64,000 nt of DNA from Podarcis cretensis (Eukaryota), in assembly GCA_951804945.1 (NCBI GenBank), contig OX638152.1, forward strand, positions 104,284,001 through 104,348,000, written 5' to 3'. Under the pieces are notes generated by a model. It was not told where the DNA came from. It saw nothing but the letters and a program-made list of their open reading frames with translations, and did not search any database. The position numbers and the translations under genes were made by a program. Shown piece after piece: positions 37,598 to 50,877 of the stretch (positions within the stretch are counted from its first letter, which is position 1; each line of letters starts with the position of its first letter).

Positions 37598-37806
37598 GAA
37601 GGACATTGCTCAGTGGTAGAGCATAAGATTACTATGCAAAAAGTCCCAGATTATCTCCTGTCATCTCTTTGTCAAAGATCTCACACTGCAGAGCTAAGAA
37701 ATCCCCGGCCTGTGACCTTAGTCTTACTGCCAGCAGAAATGACAATAATGGATGAGGTGGAGCAACGCTCCTACTCCTTTCATGACTAAGCTTCATATGT
37801 TCATAA
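37598..37806 (+). mobile_element. tRNA-derived SINE (Squam3-like), old
   Basis: gctcagtggtagagca head; ctgccagcagaaatgacaataat; aagcttcatatgttcata tail. Confidence 0.6.
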
Positions 37807-38669
37807 TGTCTGGATATTATGTGCTTGGAAAATGTAGATTAAATATATCTACTGCAATGCATTTTGTTTTGTACTTGAACCTTCTGGGAAAGTGTACTTT
37901 GCACAAGCAAAGTGCATTGCATTCAGCTAGTGTGGAAAGCTTTTCTAGTTTCCATTGTATTTTTCTGCCCTCTCGTTTCATGCTGTTCTTGCCTGTAAAA
38001 ATAGATACATCCATTTACCACTGGCTCAAATGCTCACCAAGGCTCAATGGGAGCCATAAAACATTCTCTGGATAACCTAAAAGCTTTTCTATGCCTAAAA
38101 ATGTCATGACATTAACATCCAATACCTTGGGACCTTCTTGGAATGGAAGGTGGGAAATCACTCCTTTTCACATAGTATAAAACTGTCGTTTCTAGCCATA
38201 GAGGGTTGCAAGATAATGGACTTTAAACCTGTGGCATATTTATGTATAGGAAAGGTGTCACTGAGGCTGGGTTAAATATACTGTTGCATCTCAGGCCGAT
38301 TTAATTTGGGGGGTGGGATGGGGAACTACCTCAATTATGGGAGCAGAAGGCAGGCTTTTATTTGATACTTAAATGGTGATGGTTGTGACATTTGAGAAGA
38401 ACGACATCAAATTGGCATTCGGGCAAAGAGAAAGGACAAAGCTTGAAATGGCATCACAAAAGGAACTGCACACTTACTTAAATCAAAGATTTGTTTAATT
38501 TGGAATAATGCTGGCTTCACATTAGGATGGCTTAGCATGATCATGTACCTTGGTTACTTTCTCTCGTGTTCTGTGTGTATAATAGGGAAGCTGGAATATG
38601 CTTCTACCTCTTTAATCTGCATGGTCTTCTCACATGAACACCTATTGCTTACTTCTACACAAATAATTA

Positions 38670-38870
38670 GGAGCCATTTTGGTGCAGTAGATGGTGTGCT
38701 TGGACTGGAGAGAGCTGGCAGTCAAATATTTGCCTAGCTACAAAGTCCATTTAGTGACTTTGGTTCAGTAATTCCCATATCGCCATAACCTACCTCACAA
38801 GATTGTTATGAGGATAAATGAGGTTAGTGACCTGTGTACTGCCAGAGCTGCTTGGAGGAGGGGAGGGGAA
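38670..38870 (+). mobile_element. MIR/CORE-like SINE
   Basis: taacctacctcacaagattgttatgaggataaa core motif. Confidence 0.6.
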
Positions 38871-39800
38871 AATAAAATACATATTCATATTTTGTCTTTG
38901 GTTCTTCCTTGATGCAGTGCTTTGTGAGAAGTGATGTTTCTGAACTGAGCACACTTCTTGCAGGAAACTGAAGCATTTTTCAGATAATAATGTGTCATTG
39001 GTTTTTCAGCCCAATAATTGTGCATTTGTTATACAAACATCCTCCTTCAGCTCTGTGTTTCTGTTGCGCAGTTGCTGGGCATTCTAATACTCGAGGCAAT
39101 ATTTAGTTGCTGTGAGCAACACAACTCTTTTCCATGTTCTAAATTCTCAGTATGTTGATGGTTTTCCCATCTGTCAGTTACTGCCTAGTTTTATGCCTCT
39201 CTTCCATTGGTGATGGGGGAAATGGGAAAATGTGGGGCAGGGTGAGAGGAGAACTGAATTGTGTTTGTATCTGCTTTAGCAGATGCTGTTTTGAGTTCTG
39301 CCGTACCATTAATCAGAGTGAGGCAACCTCAGGCAGCATATGTTGAAGGAGAGACGGCAGAACCCCTTGGCCACAATTTCCCCCATCTGTCTGAGGACGG
39401 AGTTGTCTGTGCTCTGGTCTCCTGCTCTGTGTCTGCTCTGCTAGCCTCCTCTCTGCAGGGGGAATGGAAGACACTGTCCCTTTCCCTGTGTTAAAGAAGA
39501 AGATTTAGCTGCCGGTCTTGTCAGGCAGCAAAGTGCCAGGGGCCAGTCCACTTTCTCTCGGGTGTCCCTGTGGCCCTGTTTGTATTTATTCCATGCTAAA
39601 GGTGAAATGCCAGGAAAAGGCTGGCCCACCCATGAGGCAAGGTGAGGCAACTGCTTCAGTCTGCCTCCTGAGGTAGATCTGTCCCCTCCCCCTCCGTTTC
39701 CCCTCACTCCTTCGTCCCCGGCAGGGAGGTTGTGGCCTTCTTGTGATTCACCTCAGGTGCCAAATTGGCTTGGTCCGGCCCTGCTCACCATTGCAATAAG

Positions 39801-40044
39801 TGTTATGTAGTGAAGTTTCACCCTGGGCCAGCAGGGGGATACTGTAGATAGTTTTCACTCAGGTCCACATCAGTTATTTTAGGCGGGAAACTCTGGGTTG
39901 TTGTTGCTACAATGTTGACAACCGGCTGCCTATAAAAGCAGGCCGGCTGAGCTGTTTGCAGTCAGTTCTATTCCAGCGTACAAAATAAAGAGCTGCTTTG
40001 GAGAAATCGCTGTGTCGTCTGCTATGTCAACCCACAACTTAACA
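39801..40044 (+). mobile_element. Solo LTR related to the Mag-type element
   Basis: TGTTA...TAACA; 5-bp TSD ATAAG (39796-39800, 40045-40049); shares both ends with the 36433 LTR. Confidence 0.95.
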
Positions 40045-40593
40045 ATAAGGATCTTATTTGCTTCTTTTAAGGCTGTGCAGTCTCCCATTTCAGCATGTTT
40101 GATTAAAATAAAATAGTGAACATATTTGTGGAATTTCCTTCCCAGAGAGATCCTTTAAGCCTGCTTTCTATTATCCTTCTAAGGGTTGACAAAGACATTC
40201 CTGCTGCAAAAGGCCCTTGAGGCAGAGGCCTCGTGACTAGGGCTGCCATATTTCAGACACAAAAGATGTTGAGCTATTTTTATGAGAAATACCTCCACTT
40301 CTGTCATGGGTTGCCATACACCCAGAATGCCCCGGACATTTCAGTGCTTCATTACACGACTGAGGTGCATAAATTGGTGCTGTGTTGCTATGATGGTGAG
40401 ACATGCTTCTCTAATAGTTTTCAAGTTTTTAAATTATGTTTTATATTATCAGTTGTTTTATGCTGATGAGTGTAAGTCACCTTGGGAGCCCTTGAGAATA
40501 TGACTATAAATATTGTTATCAAATATAAATATATAAAATATTCCACTAGTGGTGGTGATCTTGGGCTTGTACAAGAATAACATTGTGAAAAAG

Positions 40594-40676
<83 letters not shown>
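40594..40676. repeat. Compound (GT)n(GA)n microsatellite
   Basis: Visible tandem. Confidence 0.95.
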
Positions 40677-40678
<2 letters not shown>

Positions 40679-42039
40679 GTTTAATGCTTTGGAAAGGACC
40701 TTAAAGTTGTAATTAATTGCAAGTTTGGGAATGAATGTGAAAATCTTTTGCCCAGTTCAGTTTTGGCAAGGAGGCAAATGAGTTGGCATAAAAAGTATAT
40801 GCTACAGTCAGGTTGTCTTTCCAGTCAATGCCTCAGGCAGAGCAGTTGAGTGAAGGTAGACTGAATCTGCTTCAGAGGCTTAGTGTCTTTGTGTAGTAGA
40901 GCAGTAGAACCTAAGTGAGATTATTTACTATTCTTGGAGGGCAGAGATCTTTTTGTTGTCTGGTTTCTTTTTTGGATTTATCCACAACAGAGTTCAACAA
41001 TCAAGTTGCAAGACTTTGCACAGGTCAGTTTGGAGGGCCTGAGCATTGTACATGACTCTGGGCTGTCACCAAAGTGGTGATCTGTTTTTAGAAAATGTAT
41101 ATCCCATGTTTTGGACTTTGGCTGAAGATCTCAGAGCAGCTCATAAGATAAAAATACTGGATAGAATACAGTTCAAATTCCACCAATCAGGTCAGCCTCC
41201 TACTGCCCCTGGGGCAGCTGATTTCATCCTTATGGCTTTTGTGTCTTTTAAGGTCTAGCTCAGCCCCTCCTGGATCAGCCAAGGAAATACAATGGACATG
41301 TGTTTTTGTGGGTGATTGGTTCATCTATCTAGGAATATGCAAGTGGAAGCAAGCTTCCATGCGGTTATTATATCAAGCTGGACTGAAACAGATATATGGG
41401 AACTTATCAGAAATAGCTTTTATGAGATGACCTACCTTAAACTGTGGTTGTAATTGTAGAGGCAGTCACCACATATTATTGTGTCTGGCCTGGAAGGTCC
41501 TCACACTAGTCTCAGCTACCTGCCATAAGAGGTACCATTGGTGCTCATCTTATTGAGCACATAACTTAGAGAGCAGGCTGTGAAGGATGGAGCCACCCCA
41601 ATGAAGAATGGAGTTCATCCAGGAGCAAGACCTGCATGAAAGCCCCAGAACGAGTACCTGTCTTCCTGAAGGGTGCCTGCCCTCACTGGCCTTCAAGGGC
41701 ATAACCTCAACTTCTGCAACACCTTTGAGGTGAGCCACCACCTCAGCACCCTGGAGCAGCTGGGAGACATCAACAGTTCCAGCTTCGCCAAATTCTTCAT
41801 GAAGAACTTCTTCACTAAAAAGACAAAGGAACTCAAACCTGCTGTCCACAGTTCTCCTGTGCACAAGGCAGGAAAGGAAATAATTGTAATTCGGGGGCAG
41901 TCCTACCAGACCCATCCTCTGCCCACCCTGCATAAACTCCCGCTCTTGCTCTGTTCCCACTGGACCCACCCTCTGCCTGCACAGTTTGGATTATGACTTC
42001 AGATATGGGTCAAACTGTGTTCCATATTAAATCAGTATT

Positions 42040-42340
42040 AAATCAGGGATGTAGAATGCCCTCCCTCCTGAAGCATGAGATTCCCCCTCCACATTGGCAC
42101 TCTGCTTCCTCTTGAAGACACACCTGGTTAGGCAACCATCCGCCTGAACTTGAACTTCTTTCTCTTTTAACTGTTTTAATTGTTGTGCTTTTTATTGGGC
42201 TTGTTCTACTGTATATTTTAAATATAGATGTTTTTAATGTTTCAATGGAATTGTTTTCTTGCATATTTTGATTATGTATGGATTTCTTAATTGACCTTAT
42301 GCTAATAAACTGCTTAGAAGTCAGTCCATTAATATATACA
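42040..42340 (+). mobile_element. L2 LINE 3' end, old
   Basis: gaatgccctccct...ttgaagacacacct (WNALP...LKTHL), T-rich 3' UTR, taaactgcttaga. Confidence 0.6.
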
Positions 42341-43375
42341 TTTAATATTACTATATCTTGCAAAAGCATGGGGCTCATATCTGGTGCTGCATATCTAGGA
42401 TTATAACATGTGGAGCCACTTGTGTTTGCATGGCTAGTTTTAAATAATTTGGGCAGGAGCGGATGTATTTTGTAGTAGGCTGTTTTCGAAATAACTTCTT
42501 TTAAAAGGAAAACCATTAAAAAAACGCAGTTATTTGTGAGCAGAACAAAAACATTTAATAGAAACTTGGAGGCTGTGAAAATCAGTCACACAAGGGGGGG
42601 GGGGAGAAGATTTGATGTTTGAGGCTTTTGAACTGACTTGGAAATTTCCCATGCAGTTCTTCGCTGACTGACATGTACAACCTAGTATAATGATATGAGA
42701 TTGTACCGGAGTATTTAAATTTCAGAATGATTGATTAGCTTATAGTGACAGACTGCCAACCTCTACAAGCTGGTGCCATAGTGCTATCCCAATAGCAGCA
42801 CTTCCATCTGAAGTGGATTTGCCTAACCTTTGCAGCATCAAATCATAGGATTTCAAGGCCTGAAGAGGATCTTAAAAGTTCAATAGTCCATCATCTGGCA
42901 CTGAAGCAAGACCAATTAGACTTCACATATCTCAACTATTCTTCAGGCTAAAGTCGTTTTCAAAATATACAGTAATAGGGGTTCCACAGCCTTTCCCTTT
43001 TTGTTGCCACATGGATGAAATATTTTCATTTTTATCCCAAAATCTTTTGTTCATTTTGAGCTCATTTTCCTTTGTATTACTTCTGGTGGTTTTTAAAAAA
43101 GCAGTTAATTTCCACCTTGTTTATCATTGTAAGCCCACAACTTAATGCACACTCTGTTTTATACGCTTGGCAAAAAACATTAAAAAGGGGGGGAGGGCAG
43201 AAAGAGGGAGGAGTTCCGGGGAAAACGACTTTGGCAATCCCACCTACCATTGAACCCAGTGGGTTTTGAATATACCTGATTTTGGCTTTTGGTGCAATCC
43301 CTGTAAAAGTTGCAGGCTTACTGTATTTGAAATGTCCTTAGAGATTATTAATAGATTGCGGCTATGAGGCAATTG

Positions 43376-43660
43376 CGGCGGGGTGCGCTCCCGCCGCTCG
43401 GTCCCAGCGCCTGCCAACCTAGCAGTTCGAAAGCACCTCCGGGTGCAAGTAGATAAATAGGGACCACTTACCAGCGGGAAGGTAAACGGCGTTTCCGTGT
43501 GCGGCTCTGGCTCGCCAGAGCAGCGATGTCACGCTGGCCACGTGACCCGGAAGTGTCTCCGGACAGCGCTGGCCCCTGGCCTCTTAAGTGAGATGGGCGC
43601 ACAACCCCAGAGTCTGTCAAGACTGGCCCCTACGGGCAGGGGTACCTTTACCTTTACCTT
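43376..43660 (+). mobile_element. Sauria SINE, 5'-truncated
   Basis: Same subfamily as 1604-1976; (ACCTTT)n tail; 13-bp TSD TATGAGGCAATTG (43363-43375, 43661-43673). Confidence 0.93.
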
Positions 43661-43749
43661 TATGAGGCAATTGAGTACAAGAGGACCATATAACACTAGC
43701 TGCCTGTTTGCTACTAAGCCAAATTCAAGGTGCTAATTTTGATATTTGT

Positions 43750-43970
43750 TTGATGGGCAGCTTAAAAACCAGGTATCCGAAGGAGCATCTCTCCAGGCCT
43801 GGCCCTGTCCATGATCTGAGATGTGTTGAGATGTCCCTTCAGGTTATTATATCATCAAGTAAAGTCCAGTTGTCTGGAAATTCTGGGATGTTCTACACCC
43901 TGAAGTTAGGCTGGTACCTCCATTAACCTGCTTTTAGCACCAGATGAAAACACTGTTGTTATAACAAGCT
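43750..43970 (+). mobile_element. L2 fragment, old
   Basis: ccaggtatccgaaggagcatctctcc...gaagttaggctggtacc...atgaaaacactgttgtt resembles the L2 ORF2 end. Confidence 0.45.
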
Positions 43971-44929
43971 TCTGTACGAGCAAAAGTATGTTTCGGAGTA
44001 AGATAACTGGCAAACTACCCATCTTATCTGTGCAGCCTATAGGTTAGTTTTCTATGTATATAAGAGATGATTGTATAGTTGCATGTTGTGACCCACTCTG
44101 AGATCAAAGGACACTGTCTGTCCTGTGAAATGAAGAATGAGGGGAGCAGGCAAAGGCAACGTCAGAGCCTGCTCTGGTTGTGCCGCCCTGTTCTACTGCG
44201 CCCCAGGACCAACTTTTGTATGGCAACCTGGCATATGCTGGCAGACATTTTTTAAAGGCTTGTTTTTTCTCTGCCAGGCTTAGGGCAGCTCAGCCAGGAA
44301 TAGCCCTGGTGCTGAATGGAGGTTGGATCTGGTATAACTTGAGACTGGCTTAATTTACACCAGCTTTTGGGGTGTTCTGCCTTACCTTGTAAAGTGTTCC
44401 TAAGCAATGACTGCATAAGGGTTGGGTCCCTTTGTCCATACAATATAATGGAGAAAACATGAGTTATATATGCACCACCATTCATTATTATTAGAGTCAT
44501 GTGAATTTTTGTGCTCCTGTATTGGTTTCCAATGACAAAATGTCTCAAAAATGCACCTTCTATGCTTCTGAGAATCACCTTGGGGATTCCATGTGACGCT
44601 TCCTCTTTGTGTCTGTTTTCCTTGGCAATGAGCTAGACATAGGCATGAATATTCTTCATTGCATTAGCACTTCAATACAAATTTGGGATTGCAGGTGATG
44701 ATGAGAGAATCTCTTTCCTTCTCCTCATCTCACTTTCCATTTTCAAACTTGTGGTGTGCTCAGTTTGCTGATTTTTGAAATGAAGTCTTTATTTTACTAT
44801 CAGTAAATATGCCTGTAACACATATTGATTCTTAGATGCACTGGGCTCCCCTCCCCTCCTTATTAGGGATCTCTGCACTGATTGCAATATTGGCAACAGA
44901 CAATAGTTTGAAGAGGATGTTGAAAGTAC

Positions 44930-46790
44930 TTAAAGAACACAAATAGAGCTCTGCTGGATCATCTGGTCTGGCATGCTGTTCTCAAGGTGGCCACCCAGAA
45001 GCCTGTGGGAAACCTGCGAGTGGAACCTGAGGCCAACAGCTCACTCTCTCTGTGCTGTGCAGCAAGCAGTGTTCATACCACCTCTGATGCTGGAGCTACT
45101 ACTCAGCAATCAAGGCTAGTACCCACTATGAACTATGAACTTGTCTAATCCCCCTTTAAAGCCCTCTATCTTGGTGGCCATTAGCATATTTTGTGGTACT
45201 GAATCTTATCATTTATCCATGTGCTGCTGGACGAAGAAGTGTTTCTTTTTGTCCTAAATCTTCCAACATTCAGCTTCAGTGGGTAAGCCTAGGTTTTAGT
45301 ATTATTGAAGACAGAGAAAAACTTCCCTCTATACATTATCCACATGATGCATAATTGTATGCATCATTTTCATATGCCTGCTTATACATTTTTTTCCCTA
45401 AACCAAAAAGCCCCAAATGTTGTAAGTTTCCTTCTTAGGGGAGTTGATCATTTTGGTCTACCTGTGTCCAAACTTTTCCACCTCTACAATATCTGTTTTG
45501 AGGTGCAGTTGTGGTAAGAATTTACTTCTACACCATCAGTTTGTTACCAGGTGAGGGAACACCTTAAATAAAACAAAAGCCCAATAGAATAGCAAGGTGA
45601 GGCATCCTGTAGGAACCCGGTTTATTAGAGCTATTGCAATAGGGCAGCCTTGCCAACCAGCTGCTCAGCAGAACTGCTAGTTAGAAAGACTGCTATGAGG
45701 TATATCAGAACACAGCTTATATAGGCTACTAACACACAGCACACAAAGCCATCAAAACACCCTTGAACATTTTTCAGTGTACATTAAGAAAGGTTACGGG
45801 TCATGAGATATAAAGATACATGACTCCACACTGGCATCAACTTCCTTGGGGTGTCCCAAAACATGTGGTCTCGGCATACAACTTGTTGGACAGTTGTCTA
45901 GACAACCAGACGTTCCATGAGAAGGGAAGAGGCTCATAAATTCCTCTCCCATTTCCTCTTTCTGGGCCTCACTTAGCTTCAAGGAAAATTGCTAGTCCTC
46001 ACTCGGATGCTAACTTAACACATACTTCTTTGGGATGTGTTACATACCCCCTTCTAGGGTCAGATGAGGCTGGAAGTGGTAAGCAATGTTTGCACAGCTC
46101 TACACAGTGCAGGAGAGTGGCATGAGGGTTACAAAATGCAGGGACATAAAAATCAAGCCTAATACATTCTAGCCAAAGGTTCAATGCAATTAATATTGAA
46201 ACATTTTTAAAATAAAAAATCTACACCCTGGGTCTTTAATTCTTACATCATGGTATCAAAATTGTACACAGTACATAGATTACTATAACAGCAGCACTTT
46301 TATTTTCAATCCCTTTCCTAATGATCCCTAGTCAAGAATTTACAGTTTTCACAGTTGGCACACAATGGGATGACATTTTCATGGAGCTACCCACCATGAC
46401 TACAAGAGCTCTTTCCTAGTCCTTCACTGCTAGCCCAGACTCCAAAAGATTATGTATGAAGTATGCTCCAAAATTTTGCCCCAATGTGATCACTGTACAC
46501 TTTGTTACACTAAAGTACACTTGCCATTTTAGTGCCCATTCACCCAGTTTGGATAGGTCCTTCTGGAGTTCCCCAAATCCCTTTTTGTTCTCAGCACACT
46601 GAATAATCTGATGTCATCAGCAAACTTGGCCACTTCTCTGATCGACAAAACTCCAGGTCATCTGTAAGCAAGTTGAAAAGCCTAGGTTTTGATTCCTGAA
46701 GAACCCCACATCTTACATCCCTCCATCAGGAGGCCTGTCGGTTTATTCCTACTCGCTCATCTCTGTTCTTTTACTAGTTTCTGACAATGA
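44930..46790 (-). mobile_element. CR1-type LINE 3' region, split by an LTR insertion at 45510-46250
   Basis: ctgctggatca 3' UTR complement; ...ttttgaggtgc[insertion]ggtatcaaaattgtacacagtac...; gtcatcagcaaacttggccact is the complement of VAKFADD (RT catalytic motif) at about 46612-46635. Confidence 0.8.
45510..46250 (-). mobile_element. Solo LTR (ERV/Gypsy-like, family unassigned), 741 bp
   Basis: TGTGGTAAGAA...TTCTTACATCA termini; TTTATT (about 45621) and CTTATATA (about 45716) are poly(A) and TATA signals on the minus strand; 4-bp flanks CAGT/TGGT; cleanly interrupts a CR1. Confidence 0.78.
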
Positions 46791-47019
46791 TATGTCATCT
46801 TCTCTCCGAGCCAATATGGGTGAAGCCTCAGAAGCCTCCAAGCCAAGACAGGTGAACCTGAGTGCTTGGTCTTAGAGGATGGCATTGATATCAAGGCATA
46901 ATGGAAACCTTGGCTCTAAATTCTCTTAGTCCTAGTGATACCTTTTCTGATCTGTGGAATACATCCTAGCTGAACTTCTATTATTGTTTGACCATTCCCC
47001 AAACATTCTGGAGATATTT

Positions 47020-47085
47020 CATAGAATCATAGAACGGCAGAGTTGGAAGGACCCTGAGCGTCATCTAGTGCAACCCTCTGCAGTG
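47020..47085 (-). mobile_element. CR1 3' tail fragment
   Basis: catagaatcatagaa...gttggaaggaccctgagcgtcatctagtgcaacc. Confidence 0.75.
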
Positions 47086-47379
47086 GGGGGATTTTCTAAA
47101 CGAAAGGCTTGGATCTTCATGCAGATGCCCTCTGCAGGAATGAATTTATGGAGGTCCCATTTGGAATGCGTAATTGTTGTGCTTAAAAAAAAAATTGTGA
47201 CTTTCTCTCGTTAGGTTTTGTTTAATATTTGAAGACTGCTATGACACAAGGTCAGATAGGGATGTGAAGGAAAGTGAATGAATGTGTCTGGGGAATCCTA
47301 GATTATGAAACATGCATTTTAAAGGTAGGCTCAATTGATGCTGATCTGTTTACTTCAAAAGTGTCCAGTTAATTCAATG

Positions 47380-47670
47380 CCAAGCCAAACTTCTGTCCTG
47401 ATATTTCACTTTAGCAACAGTAATTTGCAATAAGCTCCAAGACCCCGAAGCATGCTTTGACCCTCTTGATTTACCAATTCCCCCAATTTTTCTAGAGTTC
47501 CTGTTTTGAAATCAAATGTGACTGTGCTGAACTTTTGGGCAATTGCCCACTTGCACATATGTTGAATTTGATAGCACTGTGGTCACTGTTCCCAATCAGT
47601 TCAGCAACACTTGCATTTTATACCAGACTCTGGCCACCACAAAAGATTAAGTCCAGGATTGCAGTGAATT
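47380..47670 (-). mobile_element. CR1 ORF2 endonuclease-region fragment
   Basis: Minus frame AILDLIF...LV...VAELIGNSDHSAIKFNI (APE SDH motif). Confidence 0.65.
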
Positions 47671-49444
47671 GCTGAGGGTCTTGGTGACAGCTTAATGATT
47701 TTTCTGTCCATTGTTTTGCAGTAGTGTTGTGCTGCACTAGGTGTTGAAGTATTTTCAAAAGAATATATGGAATTCAAATTTTAATACAACAAAATACAAT
47801 AAAGAAGCATAAGAAGCAATTCAGTTCAAAATGAGTGTGAATATTCTAATGCAGTGGATCTGTGGATGTGCCAGTTAAACAAAGATCTTTGATGTTTGTT
47901 GTAACAGTTGTCAGCTTGAGTCTTATGTCAGATTCAGCATTCATTCTCCTTCTGCCCATGTATCGATTCTTCACTCCTTCCCCTGTCTTGCTTTCAGCCA
48001 TGGCTTTATTCCTCTAAGGAATGCAGAGCCTCCTCCCCTGGTTACTTCCAGTCCATCCCACTCACTCACCTTCCAGGTAGAACACCATGTTCTAAGTCTA
48101 AGAATAATGGACCAGTCACACCCACTGTTCTTCTCTCTCATACATAGACCTCTTCTTTGGCCACATGGTCACCTTATTCAAATAGGTAAGTGACACAATG
48201 CAAAAACCTCATCCCCAAAGTGAGAGTGAGCAGCAAGCTCTCTTTTCAAACTGTTTTCTAAGTGGAAAAACTTACTGTTCTCCAGCATGAGCTATTCAGA
48301 ATTGATGGAACTTCATTTACATGGTTGTGGTCCCTCCCTTTACATTCTGGCAGTTCCCTGGCCTAACAGAATGAAAGCACCAGCAATGTTGTACTATCAC
48401 TGCATTTGTTTCTCATGCATGACACAACAGTTCTTACTCAGATTTCCTATCCCCAAAGGCACTCGGGATTGATGAAGTTGTCCCTGATAAGGGAGCAGTT
48501 GCTGTGGGCCTTATCATTTATGGTACTTTAGCCAAGGCCATCCTAGAGGCAAATAAAACCAAACAGAACTTTGAGCGGTTGCTGCTAGAGGCAAAGGAAA
48601 TGGTCACTCTGGTCCTCTGTTGTTGTAGCTGTTGTTTCAAGCATCACTGCGTGTAAGAAACAGTCGACTGGCCTCAGGATAATGCTAGCTAATTGGAGGG
48701 AGATGAGCACAGATGCTGGCTTTTATTAAATATCTGCAGGAGTCTGCAGTTCCACTAGGCTCCCAGACAAAAGAGAAAAGGGGGGAGCCCTCCAAACCCC
48801 TTGACTGCTCTTTCTGTCCTTGAGACCAAGCATTTTATCCAGCTGTCTTCTGTTAACTGTTGGAAAAACAGCAGAGATAAGAAGTTAAAGATCTGCCCAT
48901 TTGTGCAGGCACAAACACTAATTGGATGCCTTTGCACGAGAAGGTGATAATGTTAGCAAAATGTTCTTCCTGTTAACAGAGCACTTCCTGGTGTTGCACT
49001 AGAAACATTTTATTTGTTACTTTTGTATGCCACCCGTTTTAGCCTTAAACATCATTTTAACTTACGTTAAACATTAGGAAGTGTGACATTCATTTGTCCC
49101 CTCCTTGCTCCCCCCCGCCCCCCCAAATGTGGCTGAAAGGATATTTGAACTGTCTGTCTGATCACAGGGAAGACTAAGTAGAGTGGGCTTTTTCACTGAT
49201 TCCATACCTCTAAATATTTGTCAAATGAAAATAGGTACATTTCACACCTTCATGCTGACAGTAGCGATATGTTCATTGTAGTTTCTTGGAACTGTATGTT
49301 TCATTCACTCTCACCACCACCAGTGCCCAACTAACCAGTTTCCTTTGTCTTGGCAGTAGAGGAGGCCACCAAGCTACAGCCAGCCAGCCACAATAAGGTG
49401 CTGTCTGTAGCTGTGGTTTATATTTCATGCTTGTAAGTTGCCTT

Positions 49445-49558
49445 GCAGGTTCCCCTTTTTGAAGATGGGGACAACATTTCCTTGCCTCCAGTTTGCAGGG
49501 ATCTCACCTGTTCTCCAAGAATTCTCAAAGGTTATAGACAAAGGGTCTGATATTACAT
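49445..49558 (-). mobile_element. CR1 RT fragment
   Basis: VISDPLSITFENSWRTGEIPANWRQGNVVPIFKKG. Confidence 0.85.
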
Positions 49559-49564
49559 ATTGAT

Positions 49565-50366
49565 TGTTAGAAGTGGGTCTGAGACCCTCAAAATAAAATC
49601 TGAACAAAACTGGTGAAGCAGCAAAGAGTTTATTGATTACAACCACCTTCTTGCAAGAACAGGTGTCCAAAAGTAGGGACACACAAACTGATAAAACACC
49701 AGCTTATATTCCATATAGTTGAAGCCTAGGTTCTCTCCCTTGTCTCTCCTTGGGTGGAGACTACAAGGTTTACAGCCTATCACAACCACCTAATTAATCT
49801 ATTAACATTATTCATTATTTACCTTATTTGGTCTATTTCCTATGCAACTATTTGCTAAGCCAAGCAAAAATACCTGGAGACAAGTGTGAATTGATCTCTG
49901 TACTTGCTGTACTTGTCTACTTATCACAGCCACCTTCTGACCACTAGCAGGTGTCAGCCGGTTCTTGCTGACGCCTGCTAATCTGAACTGTCTGAGATTA
50001 CAAATCAACATTATGCGTAGCTATGGCCTTGAGCAAAGCAACACCATGTCTTGGAATTGCCTAATAGCTGTGGCCTTGTGGCTTTTATATATGAAAGAGC
50101 AACATTTTCATTTCTTATACCCATTACTCTAATTTCGGCGACTACCACCCTTGATTACCTTTAAGCCACATACCAACCACTAGTGGGTGTAAACAAGCTC
50201 CATATTAGCCGAAGTATACAATAAACAGCATTTCAATTGCAAACGGACCTTATCTATGAGCATCCTAACCACATGCTGTTCTAAAGATACGCCCTATAAG
50301 CAAGTCTGTGATTACGCAGCATTTTAACTTTATGGCCTTTGAAAAAGCATATTCTTATTCCTCACA
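49565..50366 (-). mobile_element. Solo LTR (family unassigned), about 802 bp
   Basis: TGT...ACA termini; flanks TTGAT/CTGAT; TTTATT (about 49629) and CTTATAT (about 49703) with the same spacing as the 45510 LTR. Confidence 0.65.
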
Positions 50367-50719
50367 CTGATGACTAGAAAAAGGGGAGAAATAGAGGCTG
50401 AAAAAGAAGCCAGCAAAAGGGGTGGGGAGCTGGCAGTGGGGGGCTGAGTGAGTTAGGAGAGAAATTGGCAGTGGGGAGGGTTGCCCTGCTGCCCTAAGGC
50501 AACCGCTTCACCTCATGAGCAGGTCAGCTCTGTCCACCCATGATGCTCTCCTAATGATAACATCCATGCATCAAGTTCAGCCAGCAAGGGCAGAAAACAA
50601 GGTGCAGCTGCCACCCCCCCCCCACTGTGGAGTTCCCTCTCCATAAAACATCTAAACCTGAGCACCATTTGGAGTCATTGCAAGACCTGCCTGTTTGTGT
50701 CAACCTTTTGGGGCTCATC

Positions 50720-50818
50720 CATCTGTCATGGGTGCTTTAGCTGAGATTTCTGCATTGCAGGGGGCTGGACTAGATGACCCTTGGGGTTCCGTCCAACTCT
50801 CCGATTCTATGATTCTAT
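50720..50818 (+). mobile_element. CR1 3' UTR tail
   Basis: tgcattgcagggggctggactagatgacc...gattctatgattctat. Confidence 0.8.
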
Positions 50819-50877
50819 AATATTCAGAAAACTAGCCAAAGAGTGAGGGGTAAAATGCACTTGGGTAAAGAGTTTAT

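Noticed and set aside
41673-41996. 107-aa ORF with coding-like composition
   Set aside because: No splice signals; weak resemblance to the L2 ORF2 linker and adjacent to an L2 3' end, so probably a decayed LINE
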